Assembly (NCBI GenBank): GCA_963808235.1
Contig: CAWEEQ010000002.1
Location: 64,001-128,000, forward strand
Direction of reading: 5' to 3'
Source of the DNA: an uncultured delta proteobacterium
GTDB taxonomy: Bacteria; Desulfobacterota; Binatia; Binatales; Binataceae
Length of the DNA: 64,000 nucleotides
Part shown: positions 1 through 9,151 of the stretch, piece by piece
Numbering within the stretch: the stretch's first letter is position 1
Layout of the letters: each line of letters begins with the position of its first letter
The notes under the pieces: model-generated
What the model was told of the DNA's origin: nothing
Seen by the model: the letters and a program-made list of their open reading frames with translations, nothing else
Databases searched by the model: none
Position numbers and translations under genes: made by a program

Positions 1-636
1 GCAGGAGGTCCCGGCGAAGCGCCCGCGCGTCTCCGATGGCTGGCGCTGCAAACGCCGGGCTATCGCCCGCAGCCGTTTCGCCAGTTGGCGAAAGTCCTCG
101 CTGAGGCCGGCCGCGAGGAAGGCGCGACCGAAGTTCGAATCGCAAAGGAAATCGCACTTCGACGGTATGGTCATTTGACCGCCTTTCAGCGCGCCTGGAA
201 CCTGATGCTCGAAGTAACCATCGGCTTTGGCTACCGCCCGCTGCTGGCACTCTGGTGGATCGCAGGATTCGTCCTCGTCGGCACTGTTTTGTTCGGATGG
301 GGCTACCACCAGCGCATCATCACGCCCACCGAGGAGGCCGCCTACCGCGAGTTCGTCGCTAGTGGAGAAGCGCCCCCGCACTATCCGGTCTTTAATCCGT
401 TGATATATTCGCTCGAAAATTTTCTGCCCGTGGTCGAGTTGCATCAGGACAAATACTGGCGGCCCAATCCGCGCCACGCAGCGCGCGGCCGAGTAAGGCG
501 CGGCGCGGATCCGCTCGATTCGAAAACCCTGCCGAGCCGGTTCCTTCGATGCTACCTATGGGTGCACATCCTGGCCGGATGGACGATCACCCCGCTCCTG
601 TTCGCCGGCCTATCCGGCCTAGTCCGCCCCGACTGA
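1..636 (+). CDS. C-terminal part of a membrane protein (5' end outside window)
   Basis: Frame is open from base 1 (AGGPGEAPARLRWLALQTPGYRPQPFRQLAKVL...). Contains GFGYRP, hydrophobic segments and FNPLIYSLENFLP. Confidence 0.75.
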   Translation, partial: AGGPGEAPARLRWLALQTPGYRPQPFRQLAKVLAEAGREEGATEVRIAKEIALRRYGHLTAFQRAWNLMLEVTIGFGYRPLLALWWIAGFVLVGTVLFGWGYHQRIITPTEEAAYREFVASGEAPPHYPVFNPLIYSLENFLPVVELHQDKYWRPNPRHAARGRVRRGADPLDSKTLPSRFLRCYLWVHILAGWTITPLLFAGLSGLVRPD

Positions 637-697
637 CTGAATCGTCCGACGCGAACTGCGCGAACTGTTCCCCGCACGACCGGTTCCCACACGACCG

Positions 698-737
698 GTT
701 CCCCTTCCCACTATGGGAAGGGGTTAGGGGTTAGGTT
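698..737 (+). repeat. REP-like palindrome with GGGGTTA tail, copy 1
   Basis: CCCCTTCCC-ACTAT-GGGAAGGGG followed by TTAGGGGTTAGG. A near-identical unit lies at about 4296-4336. Confidence 0.7.
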
Positions 738-789
738 TTGGGAAATATCGACCTGAATGTAAGAGGCTGCGTTCGCGTGCTCCGGCGCC

Positions 790-819
790 GACCTCTCCCG
801 CAAAATGGCGGGAGAGGTC
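790..819. terminator. GC-rich hairpin between convergent genes (terminator or REP-like)
   Basis: GACCTCTCCCGC-AAAATG-GCGGGAGAGGTC, a 12-bp perfect stem with no strong U-tract. Confidence 0.5.
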
Positions 820-837
820 ACTCGCGCGATGTCACCT

Positions 838-1287
838 CTAGTCAGCGTCGCCGCCGTTCTGATTCACGTAGTTCACGAATTTCTGCTGAAGCTGGGGATC
901 ATTCTGAACCATCTGGATGACCTGGTTGTATTGCTGAGGATCCAGACCTTCGGTCTTCACCGCGGCTATTTTCTCTGACTGCGCAGATGCCTCGTCGGGT
1001 TGCGCGCCGGCCGGGCTCGCCTGCTTCGTCTGATGCACGATCTGTTTCACCTTGACGTAGGCTTTGGCCGCCTTCTGCAGAGTCGCGTCATCTATTTGCG
1101 CGCTCTGCTGCGCGCCTGCAGCCGGTGCCGATGCCGCAGAACCGCTCTCGTTCATGGAAGCCGGTGCCGAAGCCGCAGAGCCACTGTCGCTCATAGAGCC
1201 TGGACTCTGAGCCAAAGCGCCGGAAATCGGGAAACCGACGAACACGGCGAGCGCTCCTCCGGCAAATACTGTACGGGTTAGCGTCAT
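838..1287 (-). CDS. Secreted DUF4168-like protein
   Basis: Signal peptide ending ALA, Ala/Ser-rich linker, then the helical domain IDDATLQKAAKAY...GLDPQQYNQVIQMVQNDPQLQQK. Confidence 0.75.
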   Translation of the reverse strand: MTLTRTVFAGGALAVFVGFPISGALAQSPGSMSDSGSAASAPASMNESGSAASAPAAGAQQSAQIDDATLQKAAKAYVKVKQIVHQTKQASPAGAQPDEASAQSEKIAAVKTEGLDPQQYNQVIQMVQNDPQLQQKFVNYVNQNGGDAD

Positions 1288-1357
1288 ATATCCTCTTTAC
1301 CTCACTTTTAATTTCCGCCGTGAAACCGGCGGTGAGATTGGGGAGTGACTAGATCCA

Positions 1358-1372
1358 GCAAGAGCGCTGCCA
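1358..1372 (-). promoter_or_regulatory. Putative sigma54 promoter of the DUF4168-like gene
   Basis: Minus strand reads TGGCAG-CGCTC-TTGC, matching the -24/-12 consensus TGGCAC-N5-TTGC, about 70 bp upstream of the ATG. Confidence 0.6.
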
Positions 1373-1572
1373 GTCATGAAAAGCGCTTGAATTCAGTCAG
1401 TTTCGACCTGAATCAAGGCAAACTCCCGTCCTTACAGCACCGGAAGAACGTTAAAAGTTCAGACAGGCGCCGAGTCCCGGGATAAGCCCGATAATGCTGC
1501 GATTTCCCGCGAAAGAACTACCCGAATCGAACGCATCGGTACTTACGCGACTTCTCTTCCACCGACTCAAGC

Positions 1573-2277
1573 TTACTTCTTGTGAGGCCGCGCGCTGGCG
1601 CGCTCGGACACTGCGGCGGCCATTGCGGCGAAGCGCTCCTGGCCGACTGCGATGAACAGTCCCTCCGCCTCCGCCGTCAACTGCCCGTTCGCCGACAGCG
1701 TTCCGTGCGTGAAAATCTTGCGCCCCTCGACGCGATCTACGTATGCCTCGAAGACCAGCTCCGTCAGCAGCGGTGTCGGCCGTCGATAACGAATCGTGAG
1801 CGTCCCGGTCATCCCGGGATTCCCGGTCAGCGACTGCGCCATCCCGAGAACCTCGTCGAACGCGGCGGCGAGGAATCCTCCGTGCACGTGACCGGGCGGC
1901 CCCTCGTACGCAACCCCGAAAGTCGCATGACCCTCGACCTTGTTGCCGAGCACCGCGAGGCGAATTGGCGGCGCGAGCGGATTTGCAATTCCAATCAACG
2001 GGCTGTGATCGAAAAATGCGTGCGGATCGCCCGCGTTCGCGCTCTCCGCGAATCCTTCGTAGCTGCGCGATATTGGATATTTCGAGAGCCGCTTGGCATA
2101 GCGCTCTAGCGCGTCAGCAGCTGCCCTGAGGTCCTCCTCCGGCGCCGCGACTTGCACCAAATGATCGATCACCCGGCGCATCGCATTGGCCAGTCGATGC
2201 GCCTCGGCGCGGCGTCCAGTCGCCGGCGCCTGGCTGATCGCCCACGCCGCTTCGAAATTAACGTTTTGATCGCTCAT
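1573..2277 (-). CDS. PaaI-family hotdog thioesterase
   Basis: YEGPPGHVHGGFLAAAFDEVLG motif and TGTLTIRYRRPTP. Confidence 0.9.
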   Translation of the reverse strand: MSDQNVNFEAAWAISQAPATGRRAEAHRLANAMRRVIDHLVQVAAPEEDLRAAADALERYAKRLSKYPISRSYEGFAESANAGDPHAFFDHSPLIGIANPLAPPIRLAVLGNKVEGHATFGVAYEGPPGHVHGGFLAAAFDEVLGMAQSLTGNPGMTGTLTIRYRRPTPLLTELVFEAYVDRVEGRKIFTHGTLSANGQLTAEAEGLFIAVGQERFAAMAAAVSERASARPHKK

Positions 2278-2414
2278 TTTTTCAGAGTCTTACCTTGCTG
2301 AGAAGTTCCGAGTCGCCCCCGATGCTAACTGCGCCATCGAACGCAATCCAGCCGCGACGAATCCCCGCCCGACGGCATTCCGTATTCATTAGTAGTATGA
2401 TCGTTAGAAGCCAG

Positions 2415-3191
2415 ATGCGTACTCGATTCGTTTCACTAATCGCGCTTATCGCCATTGCGACGTTCGGGCTCGGACTGGTTGCGATATGCGGGCGTGACGC
2501 GGGTGCGCAATCGACCCTCGAGGTTCCCGGCCCCTCGCAACAAAATCAGCCTTATACGCCGCCGCGTCAGGCGCCGCCGCCATGGCCGACTACTCCCGAG
2601 GGCTCCGACAATGGCGACACGATTCAATTGCTGCCGCCGCAATTGTTCGCACCGCAGCGGCAACCCGTCGCGCCGCCCCCATCGCCCGCGCCGCAAGCAT
2701 CTGAGCCAAGTTACGTGGCCCCGATGATTAGCCAGCCCGCACTTCCTGCGGTGTTTCGCGGATGCTGGCAGGGAGAAGTTGAGCAGCTCGACTGGATTCG
2801 AAAGGAGCCCGGCGCGCACAAGGTCGGTTTCTGGACGCCGAAGACGTACCGGCTCTGCTACAAGCGCATCGGCAACCAGCCATTCACGCTCACCTTCACC
2901 GAGACCGGCGTCGAGGCAAGCGATCGGATTATCAATCCGCGCGGCAACGTGGTGCCGGTCCGGACTGACGGACGCGCGTACGCCTCGATGCTCGCGCAGT
3001 TGCATTTCGACGAATACGGCAATGGTCGCGACTCGTACGCGCCGACCTTCGCGGTGGACGAGACCACGCATCTCGATTGCCGCATCGGCGGTGACGACAT
3101 GTTGGTCAGCGCCGACGTTTATGGCACTCGCGACGGTGCGCCGTGGTTCCGCGCTCATTGGCGCGCCGACTTCCGCCACTACGCGCGCTGA
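2415..3191 (+). CDS. Secreted proline-rich hypothetical protein
   Basis: Hydrophobic N-terminus (MRTRFVSLIALIAIATFG), Pro/Gln-rich linker and Cys-containing C-terminal domain. Start codon uncertain. Confidence 0.65.
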   Translation: MRTRFVSLIALIAIATFGLGLVAICGRDAGAQSTLEVPGPSQQNQPYTPPRQAPPPWPTTPEGSDNGDTIQLLPPQLFAPQRQPVAPPPSPAPQASEPSYVAPMISQPALPAVFRGCWQGEVEQLDWIRKEPGAHKVGFWTPKTYRLCYKRIGNQPFTLTFTETGVEASDRIINPRGNVVPVRTDGRAYASMLAQLHFDEYGNGRDSYAPTFAVDETTHLDCRIGGDDMLVSADVYGTRDGAPWFRAHWRADFRHYAR

Positions 3192-3313
3192 CTTGCGAAT
3201 TTCCGGCTTGCACTGCCGGCGTCGCGTAACCTAAGTATCAGCTTGGCAACCGCGCGTCTTCACCGACGCCGACGCCGGGCTTCGCCGACCGCGCGACTCC
3301 TAAGGAGATTTAC

Positions 3314-4261
3314 ATGGCTAAGGCCATTCTCGATCCGCAGATGAAAATCTTGCTCGATACTTTCAACGCCGCCGGCCCGATGTTCCTGCGCGCGGAAACT
3401 CCCGAACAGGCGCGAGCCAAGATGCGGGCGCTGCTCGAGGCCAATCCTCTGCCTGTGGAACCGATCTACCGGGTCGAGGATCGTCATATCCCCACTGCGA
3501 GCGGCGAGATTCCAGTCCGCGTTTACACGCCGGAGGGAAATCCACCGATGGGCGTGCTGGTCTATTTTCATGGTGGCGGATGGGTGCTCGGCGATCTGGA
3601 GAGTCATGACCGCGTATGCCGCGCGCTGGCCAATCTCGCGGGATGCGTGGCGGTGTCGGTCGGATACCGGCTCGCACCGGAGCACGTTTTTCCCGCCGCC
3701 ACCGAGGATTGCTACGCCGCGACGCAATGGGTCTCTGAAAATGCCGCGTCGCTCGGCGCGGACCCGGCCCGGCTCGCGGTCGGTGGTGACAGCGCAGGAG
3801 GAAATCTCGCGGCGGTAGTTTCGATGATGTCGCGGGATCGCAGCGGTCCTTCGATCGTCTTCCAGTTACTCCTTTATCCGGTGACCGACGCGGCGATGGA
3901 CACACCATCGCAAAAGGAATTCGCCGCCGACGGTTACGTGCTCTCGCGCGCCGACATGGAATGGTTCTGGACCAACTACCTCGACGCGAGTACCGAGAAG
4001 ACCAATCCATACGCCTGTCCGATCCGATCGAAGAATCTCGCGGGTCTGCCAGCCGCGCTGGTCATGACCGCGAGTCACGATCCACTGCGTGACGAAGGCG
4101 AGCGATTCGCCCAGCGCCTGATAAGCTCGGGCGTCAAGGTCACCTGCACCCGCTACGAAGGCGTGACCCACGGCTTCGTAAGCTTCGCCGACGCACTAGA
4201 CAAGGGCAAAGAAGGCCAGCGCCAGGCCGCCGACGCATTGAAGGTAGCATTCGCCCGCTAG
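3314..4261 (+). CDS. HSL-family alpha/beta hydrolase (esterase/lipase)
   Basis: HGGG oxyanion motif, GDSAGG nucleophile, DPLRDEG and HGF. AAGGAG RBS upstream. Confidence 0.93.
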   Translation: MAKAILDPQMKILLDTFNAAGPMFLRAETPEQARAKMRALLEANPLPVEPIYRVEDRHIPTASGEIPVRVYTPEGNPPMGVLVYFHGGGWVLGDLESHDRVCRALANLAGCVAVSVGYRLAPEHVFPAATEDCYAATQWVSENAASLGADPARLAVGGDSAGGNLAAVVSMMSRDRSGPSIVFQLLLYPVTDAAMDTPSQKEFAADGYVLSRADMEWFWTNYLDASTEKTNPYACPIRSKNLAGLPAALVMTASHDPLRDEGERFAQRLISSGVKVTCTRYEGVTHGFVSFADALDKGKEGQRQAADALKVAFAR

Positions 4262-4295
4262 CAGCCTTTCCGAGGCAGGCGAAAAAAAAGAATTT

Positions 4296-4336
4296 TGTTC
4301 CCCTTCCCTCGAGGGAAGGGGTTAGGGGTTAGGTTA
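4296..4336 (+). repeat. REP-like palindrome with GGGGTTA tail, copy 2
   Basis: CCCCTTCCC-TCGA-GGGAAGGGG followed by TTAGGGGTTAGGTTA, downstream of the esterase stop. Confidence 0.7.
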
Positions 4337-4405
4337 GCGAGACCCTTCGACCACTCACGGGACCCCGATGACTCCACCGCCAACCGTCGGCTATATTCTG
4401 CCGCG

Positions 4406-5274
4406 ATGGCAACACAACGCCCGCCTGATTCGTCCGAGGACGATCTCTCTATTTCGGAGACCGCGGGCCGCGCGCTCGAAGATCTCTACCACTACATGCT
4501 CACCGCCTCCTGGCCGGTGCTGATTGTTCTGATCACCGTTTTTTCGTTCTCGCAAATTTGCTCTTCGCGGCCGGCTACTACTGGGATGGCGGCATCGAGA
4601 ACACGCACTCCGGGTCGTTCTCCGACATGTTCTTTTTCAGCATCCAGACCATGGCGACGATCGGCTACGGCAAGATGGAGCCGATCACGCTTTTCTCCAA
4701 CATCCTGGTTTCGATCGAGGCGCTGTTCGGACTGCTCGGACTCGCGATCATGACCGGGCTGACCTTCTCGAAGTTCTCGCGGCCTACTGCACGGGTCAGA
4801 TTCACCCGCTACGCCGTGATCGGACCGCGCGACGGAAAAACCAGCCTGGCGATCCGGATGGCGAACATGCGCGCCAATCGTATCGTCGAGGCGCAGATTC
4901 ATCTCATCTTCACCCGCCAGGAGATAACTCTCGAGGGTGATTCGATCCGCCGCTTCTATGACCTGACGACGACGCGGAATCGCTCGCCGCTCTTCATGCT
5001 TTCGTGGACCGCTGTCCATGTGATCACCGAGGACAGCCCGTTTTTCGGACAGACGCGCGAGTCGTTGGCTCAAAGCGCGCCCGAGATTATCGTCTCGATC
5101 ACCGGCCTCGATCAGACCTTCTCGCAAACCGTCCACGCCCGCCATTCGTACAAGATCGGTGAAATCGTCTGGGGCGCCCGCTTCGGCGACGTGCTGAAAG
5201 TCAATCCCGACGGCACCGGCTACATCGACTTCTCCCACTTCGACGACATAGTAATGCTCCCCCCAACCCGCTGA
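4406..5274 (+). pseudogene. KirBac-type inward-rectifier K+ channel, frameshifted at a T6 run
   Basis: DLYHYMLTASW is in one frame, while FFSIQTMATIGYG and FSKFSRPTAR are in another. Adding one T at 4539-4544 joins them. Confidence 0.8.
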
Positions 5275-5305
5275 CACGACCAACCCCGCGTGACAAAAGC
5301 CCAAA

Positions 5306-6274
5306 TCAGGGCACTACGGCAGGCGAAGGGGAGATCGGCACGACCCTCTGCGTCGAAATCACAAACGACCCGCCGGGCGCTGGTAGTTTGTTCGTGATCT
5401 GGTCGACCCGGTAGTAGCGGTTCTTAGCAATAAACCTCGGTATCCATGCCAGATCATCGCGGTAGAAGACGGTGTCCTCCGCGCACCGCACAATCAACCG
5501 GTTAATCTCGACGACCTCTCTGCGGCGGAGGTGTTTCATGCGATAGCCAAAATTTTCGAAGGAGAGGTCCGCGCGCTTTCTGTCAATTGTAAGGTCCGGC
5601 CTTATCCGGATTGCCAGATTGGGTGCGAGCGGCACGACGCGACTAACGATGCGCCAGTCTGCGGTTTCTTCTACCGCCACTGGAAAGTCGCTCGTAAAAA
5701 ACGAGTTGTCGTTAAATGGGTTGAGTAAAATATCCCACTTGAAATTTCCAAAGACGGCGACGTGCTGCATCACCGAATTGATGCCGACCGCTTGCGGATA
5801 TTTGGGATCGACCTCGATCTTTATGTCGCCGCTTCGCAAAAGCTCAGCCAACGACTCTCCGCCAAGTTCTTTGGGTGGCCGCGGTATTAATCCCCCTTTG
5901 TCTGCATGAACGGCCATGGTTTCCACCATGGCCCTCAGAGGTTCAGAAAAGACACGCATGCCCGTCGGCGAACACGTAATGACGTAGGCGACGAACCCCG
6001 CTATCGTGCGAATACATTCGACGTCAATCTTGCCTTCGATGAGCCTCTCAAGAGCTGGATTGTATTTCGGCTCGATTGTCCTCAAGAATTCCTCGATCGC
6101 CCGATCCTCTTTTAGATAGGCATTCGTACTGCCGTCATTGATTCTGCAGACGGATTTTGAATTCGGCGTAAACGACTTCAAGTCGCTCTTCCGCATGGCA
6201 TACATTCGGTCGCCGAGAACGGGGGAATAGAAGTTTCTGAGATATACCTGAGAGACGTAGTGGTCGAGCGGCAA
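5306..6274 (-). CDS. DUF4238 domain protein
   Basis: N-terminal HYVSQVYLRNF and internal FFTSDFPV motifs. Lower GC than the flanking genes. Confidence 0.8.
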   Translation of the reverse strand: MPLDHYVSQVYLRNFYSPVLGDRMYAMRKSDLKSFTPNSKSVCRINDGSTNAYLKEDRAIEEFLRTIEPKYNPALERLIEGKIDVECIRTIAGFVAYVITCSPTGMRVFSEPLRAMVETMAVHADKGGLIPRPPKELGGESLAELLRSGDIKIEVDPKYPQAVGINSVMQHVAVFGNFKWDILLNPFNDNSFFTSDFPVAVEETADWRIVSRVVPLAPNLAIRIRPDLTIDRKRADLSFENFGYRMKHLRRREVVEINRLIVRCAEDTVFYRDDLAWIPRFIAKNRYYRVDQITNKLPAPGGSFVISTQRVVPISPSPAVVP

Positions 6275-6462
6275 CTAAGGATCTCCCGTAAACAAGATTA
6301 CGAAACGTGAACTCGACACAAGAGTTTAACCACGAACGGTCAGGCAGCAACCTGGTTACCGGGATCCCGAGATTCGTGCCGGTCTCGCCCGCGCTGGATC
6401 GGACTAGGTGCGGGGCGCAGAGCCGTTCCGGGGTCCTATGTCTGAACATAACTCAGCGCCGC

Positions 6463-6990
6463 TCACTGTCTGGTATCCTTACTGCCGGAATACACATGGA
6501 AGGCGATGCCGTCCCAGGCGTTGTGAATCCCGATGAAGAGCAACAGCAGCACTGCAGCTCCAACCCCAAATAGAGCCTCACGCGTGTAGGAGGGAATCGC
6601 GAATGCCGACCACGCCAGTATTGCGTACGCCAGCAAAGGCAGCATCGCATGAAATAACCAGTCCTCGAACTCCGGCTGATATACGGTTTGCCTCCGCATC
6701 CGTCGAGTTGTGATCGATGCGTACGCGAATCCACCGACGCCGATGAGGCCCCAAACAGATGCTGCGACGATGATCGACGGCCATGGAACCTGCACGAGTG
6801 CCGACAACAGCAACACGGTGCCGAAGTGAACGATCGTCGGCGTCGCAAATGCGGCCCCAGCATCAGCCGCCCGTGGCGAAAGCCTGCTCTGCGCAACCAG
6901 CGTCATCACCACGAACTGCAATCCGATCAGCGCCCCCGCAGCCGACCCGACGATTACATAGAAATTGTCCCATGCGACGAGCTCAGACAT
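6463..6990 (-). CDS. Conserved hypothetical multi-pass membrane protein
   Basis: WDNFYVIVGSAAGALIGLQFVV, about five hydrophobic segments and IGIHNAWD. Confidence 0.8.
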   Translation of the reverse strand: MSELVAWDNFYVIVGSAAGALIGLQFVVMTLVAQSRLSPRAADAGAAFATPTIVHFGTVLLLSALVQVPWPSIIVAASVWGLIGVGGFAYASITTRRMRRQTVYQPEFEDWLFHAMLPLLAYAILAWSAFAIPSYTREALFGVGAAVLLLLFIGIHNAWDGIAFHVYSGSKDTRQ

Positions 6991-7128
6991 ATCGTCATCT
7001 AATAATCTTTCGTGACCGCCATGCGCCAGCGATATCCAGTGGCACGGTGCGCGTCAGAGTACACCCTGCCGATCTTCACCACCCTGACGCAGCGATGCTC
7101 CTTCTTTTCCGCTCCCGACGCCCCTCGG

Positions 7129-7224
7129 GACCGAGAGCAAAAATACCGTCCGCGGGATTTTGCGATTGATCGAGATTTTGCGATTGAATTGAATAGACAC
7201 TGGGTGCAGGGGTCACCCCTGCCG
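7129..7224 (+). repeat. Dispersed non-coding motif A, copy 1
   Basis: GACCGAGAGCAAAAATACCGTCCGCGGGATTTTGCGATTGA...GACACTGGGTGCAGGGGTCACCCCTGCCG. Recurs at 14053 (+) and 19905 (-). GATTTTGCGATTGA is duplicated internally in this copy. Confidence 0.9.
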
Positions 7225-7265
7225 GTCCGTGTTTTAGGTTCAAATGAACTAAAGGAAAACTCGAA

Positions 7266-8153
7266 ATGCGTGTCTTTCTCACCGGTGCTACAGGATTTAT
7301 CGGTTCTGCCATCATTCCCGAGCTGATCAACGCGGGCCATCGTGTCATCGGTCTTGCTCGCTCCGATGCGGGCGCGAAGGCTCTTATCGACGCGGGCGCC
7401 CAGGTGCATCGAGGCGATCTTGAAGACCTGGAAAGCCTGCGCCGCGGAGCAGCCGCCTCCGATGGGGTCATTCACTGCGCCTTTAATCACGATTTCTCGA
7501 AGTACGCGGCTAACTGTGAGGCAGACCGGCACGCCGTCGAGGCTCTCGGCTCCGTGCTCGAGGGCTCTGACCGCCCCTTGATCGTCACCTCCGGGACCGC
7601 AGTCGTCTTAGCGCCGGGCCGCCTCGCGACCGAAGAAGATGCCCCCATTTCCAGCTCCTCCGGCATCCCCCGCAGCGCATCGGAAGAGGCTGTAGCTTCG
7701 ATAGTCTCGCGAGGCGTGCGCGCGTCGGTGATGCGCCTGCCGCAAGTTCACGACCGACTCAAGCAAGGCCTCATCACCTACCTGATCGACGTAGCTCGCG
7801 AGAAGGGTGTCTCAGCGTATGTCGGCGAGGGGCGCAACCGATGGCCCGCGGCGCACGTGCTCGATACTGCCCGCCTCTACCGGCTGGCGCTAGAAAAGGG
7901 ATCTGCGGGAGCTCGGTTTCACGCGGTCGCCGAAGAGGGCGTGCCGCTTCGAGACATCGCAGAAGCAATCGGTCGCCGCCTCAACATGCCGGTAGTCTCC
8001 AAGTCCCCCGAGGAGGCAGCCGATCATTTTGGATGGCTCGGGTTCTTCGTATCTCACGACGCCCCCGCTTCAAGCGCCCTCACCCAGCAACGCCTCGGAT
8101 GGCGCCCCACGCAGCCATCCCTCCTAACCGACCTCGCCCATCTGTCATCCTGA
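7266..8153 (+). CDS. Extended/atypical SDR oxidoreductase
   Basis: N-terminal Rossmann motif TGATGFIG, plus VIHCAFNHDF and GRNRWPAAHV. Confidence 0.9.
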   Translation: MRVFLTGATGFIGSAIIPELINAGHRVIGLARSDAGAKALIDAGAQVHRGDLEDLESLRRGAAASDGVIHCAFNHDFSKYAANCEADRHAVEALGSVLEGSDRPLIVTSGTAVVLAPGRLATEEDAPISSSSGIPRSASEEAVASIVSRGVRASVMRLPQVHDRLKQGLITYLIDVAREKGVSAYVGEGRNRWPAAHVLDTARLYRLALEKGSAGARFHAVAEEGVPLRDIAEAIGRRLNMPVVSKSPEEAADHFGWLGFFVSHDAPASSALTQQRLGWRPTQPSLLTDLAHLSS

Positions 8154-8319
8154 CCGAGACTCACAATGCGAGCAGAGAGAACTGGCTTCTGGCCCCCGGA
8201 CAGCTCCGCGCCAGCGAAGCGGACACCGGTTCCAAGTCGCCGCGTCATTCTGACCGAATCGCTGCGTCGATCCTTTAGATGACCTTGGAGCTGCCACACG
8301 AACGCAAAGGAGTTCTTCT

Positions 8320-8520
8320 ATGCCTAACGAACCCAAGACAGTCATCGTGACCGGGGCTTCGCAGGGAATCGGAGCTTGCATCGTCCGGACTTTTCTCGAG
8401 CGCGGCTACTCCGTCGTCGCGAACTCGCGGAACATCGCAAAATCCGGCGCCTTCGTGCCGTCGGAGAAGCTGGCGCTGGTCGACGGAAACATCGCCGAGC
8501 CGGCGAATCTATGGCGATGA
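8320..8520 (+). pseudogene. Truncated classical SDR (N-terminal ~61 aa only)
   Basis: AAGGAG RBS and VIVTGASQGIG. SDR-like sequence stops at VDGNIAEP, where motif B starts (8502). Confidence 0.8.
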
Positions 8521-8593
8521 TCCGTGGACCTGGCAAAATCGCGCCCGGATAGGTTTTGCCAGATTCTGCGGATTCGCGCCGCCAGAAGCGTTC
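8502..8593 (+). repeat. Dispersed non-coding motif B, copy 1
   Basis: Aligns without gaps to 13762-13853. By hand count 54/59 identical at the left end and about 76/92 overall. Contains GGCAAAA-N15-TTTTGCC. Confidence 0.9.
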
Positions 8594-8810
8594 CGATCGA
8601 CCATCCATATATTTTTGGCGAAGCGCGTGTCGCTCGTGGGTCACCCGGCCAACGGCGTTCTCGAGCCTCAGAGAATTTCACGGCGCGTGACTATAATCGC
8701 CGACGCTTGCAAATGGATTAAGAAATCTGTTGAGATTCTGTGGAACATCGCAACTCTCTGAGATTAATTCGAAGGGTCAAAGCAGCAAGGTAGATGATGT
8801 GGAGGGTGGA

Positions 8811-9077
8811 GTGGAAAACCTAAATCTCGTCCTGCATGAAGGCGACAAGAAAAGGAATATTCCGGCACTGATTGTTGGTGACTTTGACGCGCTGGTCCGC
8901 CTCCGTGATGCGATAAACGTCTTGATCGAAGAACCGGGGCGTCTGCAGAGCATCGGCCTTCCGACGAGCGATTGTGAAGTGCGCATCGAAATGTGCGAGT
9001 CGGATGACGAAGCAGCCTCGCCCGTTGCGGAAATTCTAGCGACCAGGCGCGCCCGAACAAATAATGGAGACGATTGA
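8811..9077 (+). CDS. Small hypothetical protein
   Basis: GTG start after a GGAGG-like RBS, 88-aa ORF with no recognisable motif. Confidence 0.45.
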   Translation: MENLNLVLHEGDKKRNIPALIVGDFDALVRLRDAINVLIEEPGRLQSIGLPTSDCEVRIEMCESDDEAASPVAEILATRRARTNNGDD

Positions 9078-9151
9078 TCGCTGAACATCCCAAATTGCGC
9101 TAGACAGCGGTGTCTCAAGTTGGGTTGGACGAAAACGCCTGCTGGATTACG

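Noticed and set aside
675-700. CACGACCGGT matching part of the TetR operator at 42199
   Set aside because: The match is partial and non-palindromic, lies in a local tandem duplication and is not in a promoter. Probably chance.
716-737. TTAGGG-like repeats as eukaryotic telomere contamination
   Set aside because: There are only about two units, embedded in a palindromic intergenic repeat between bacterial genes.
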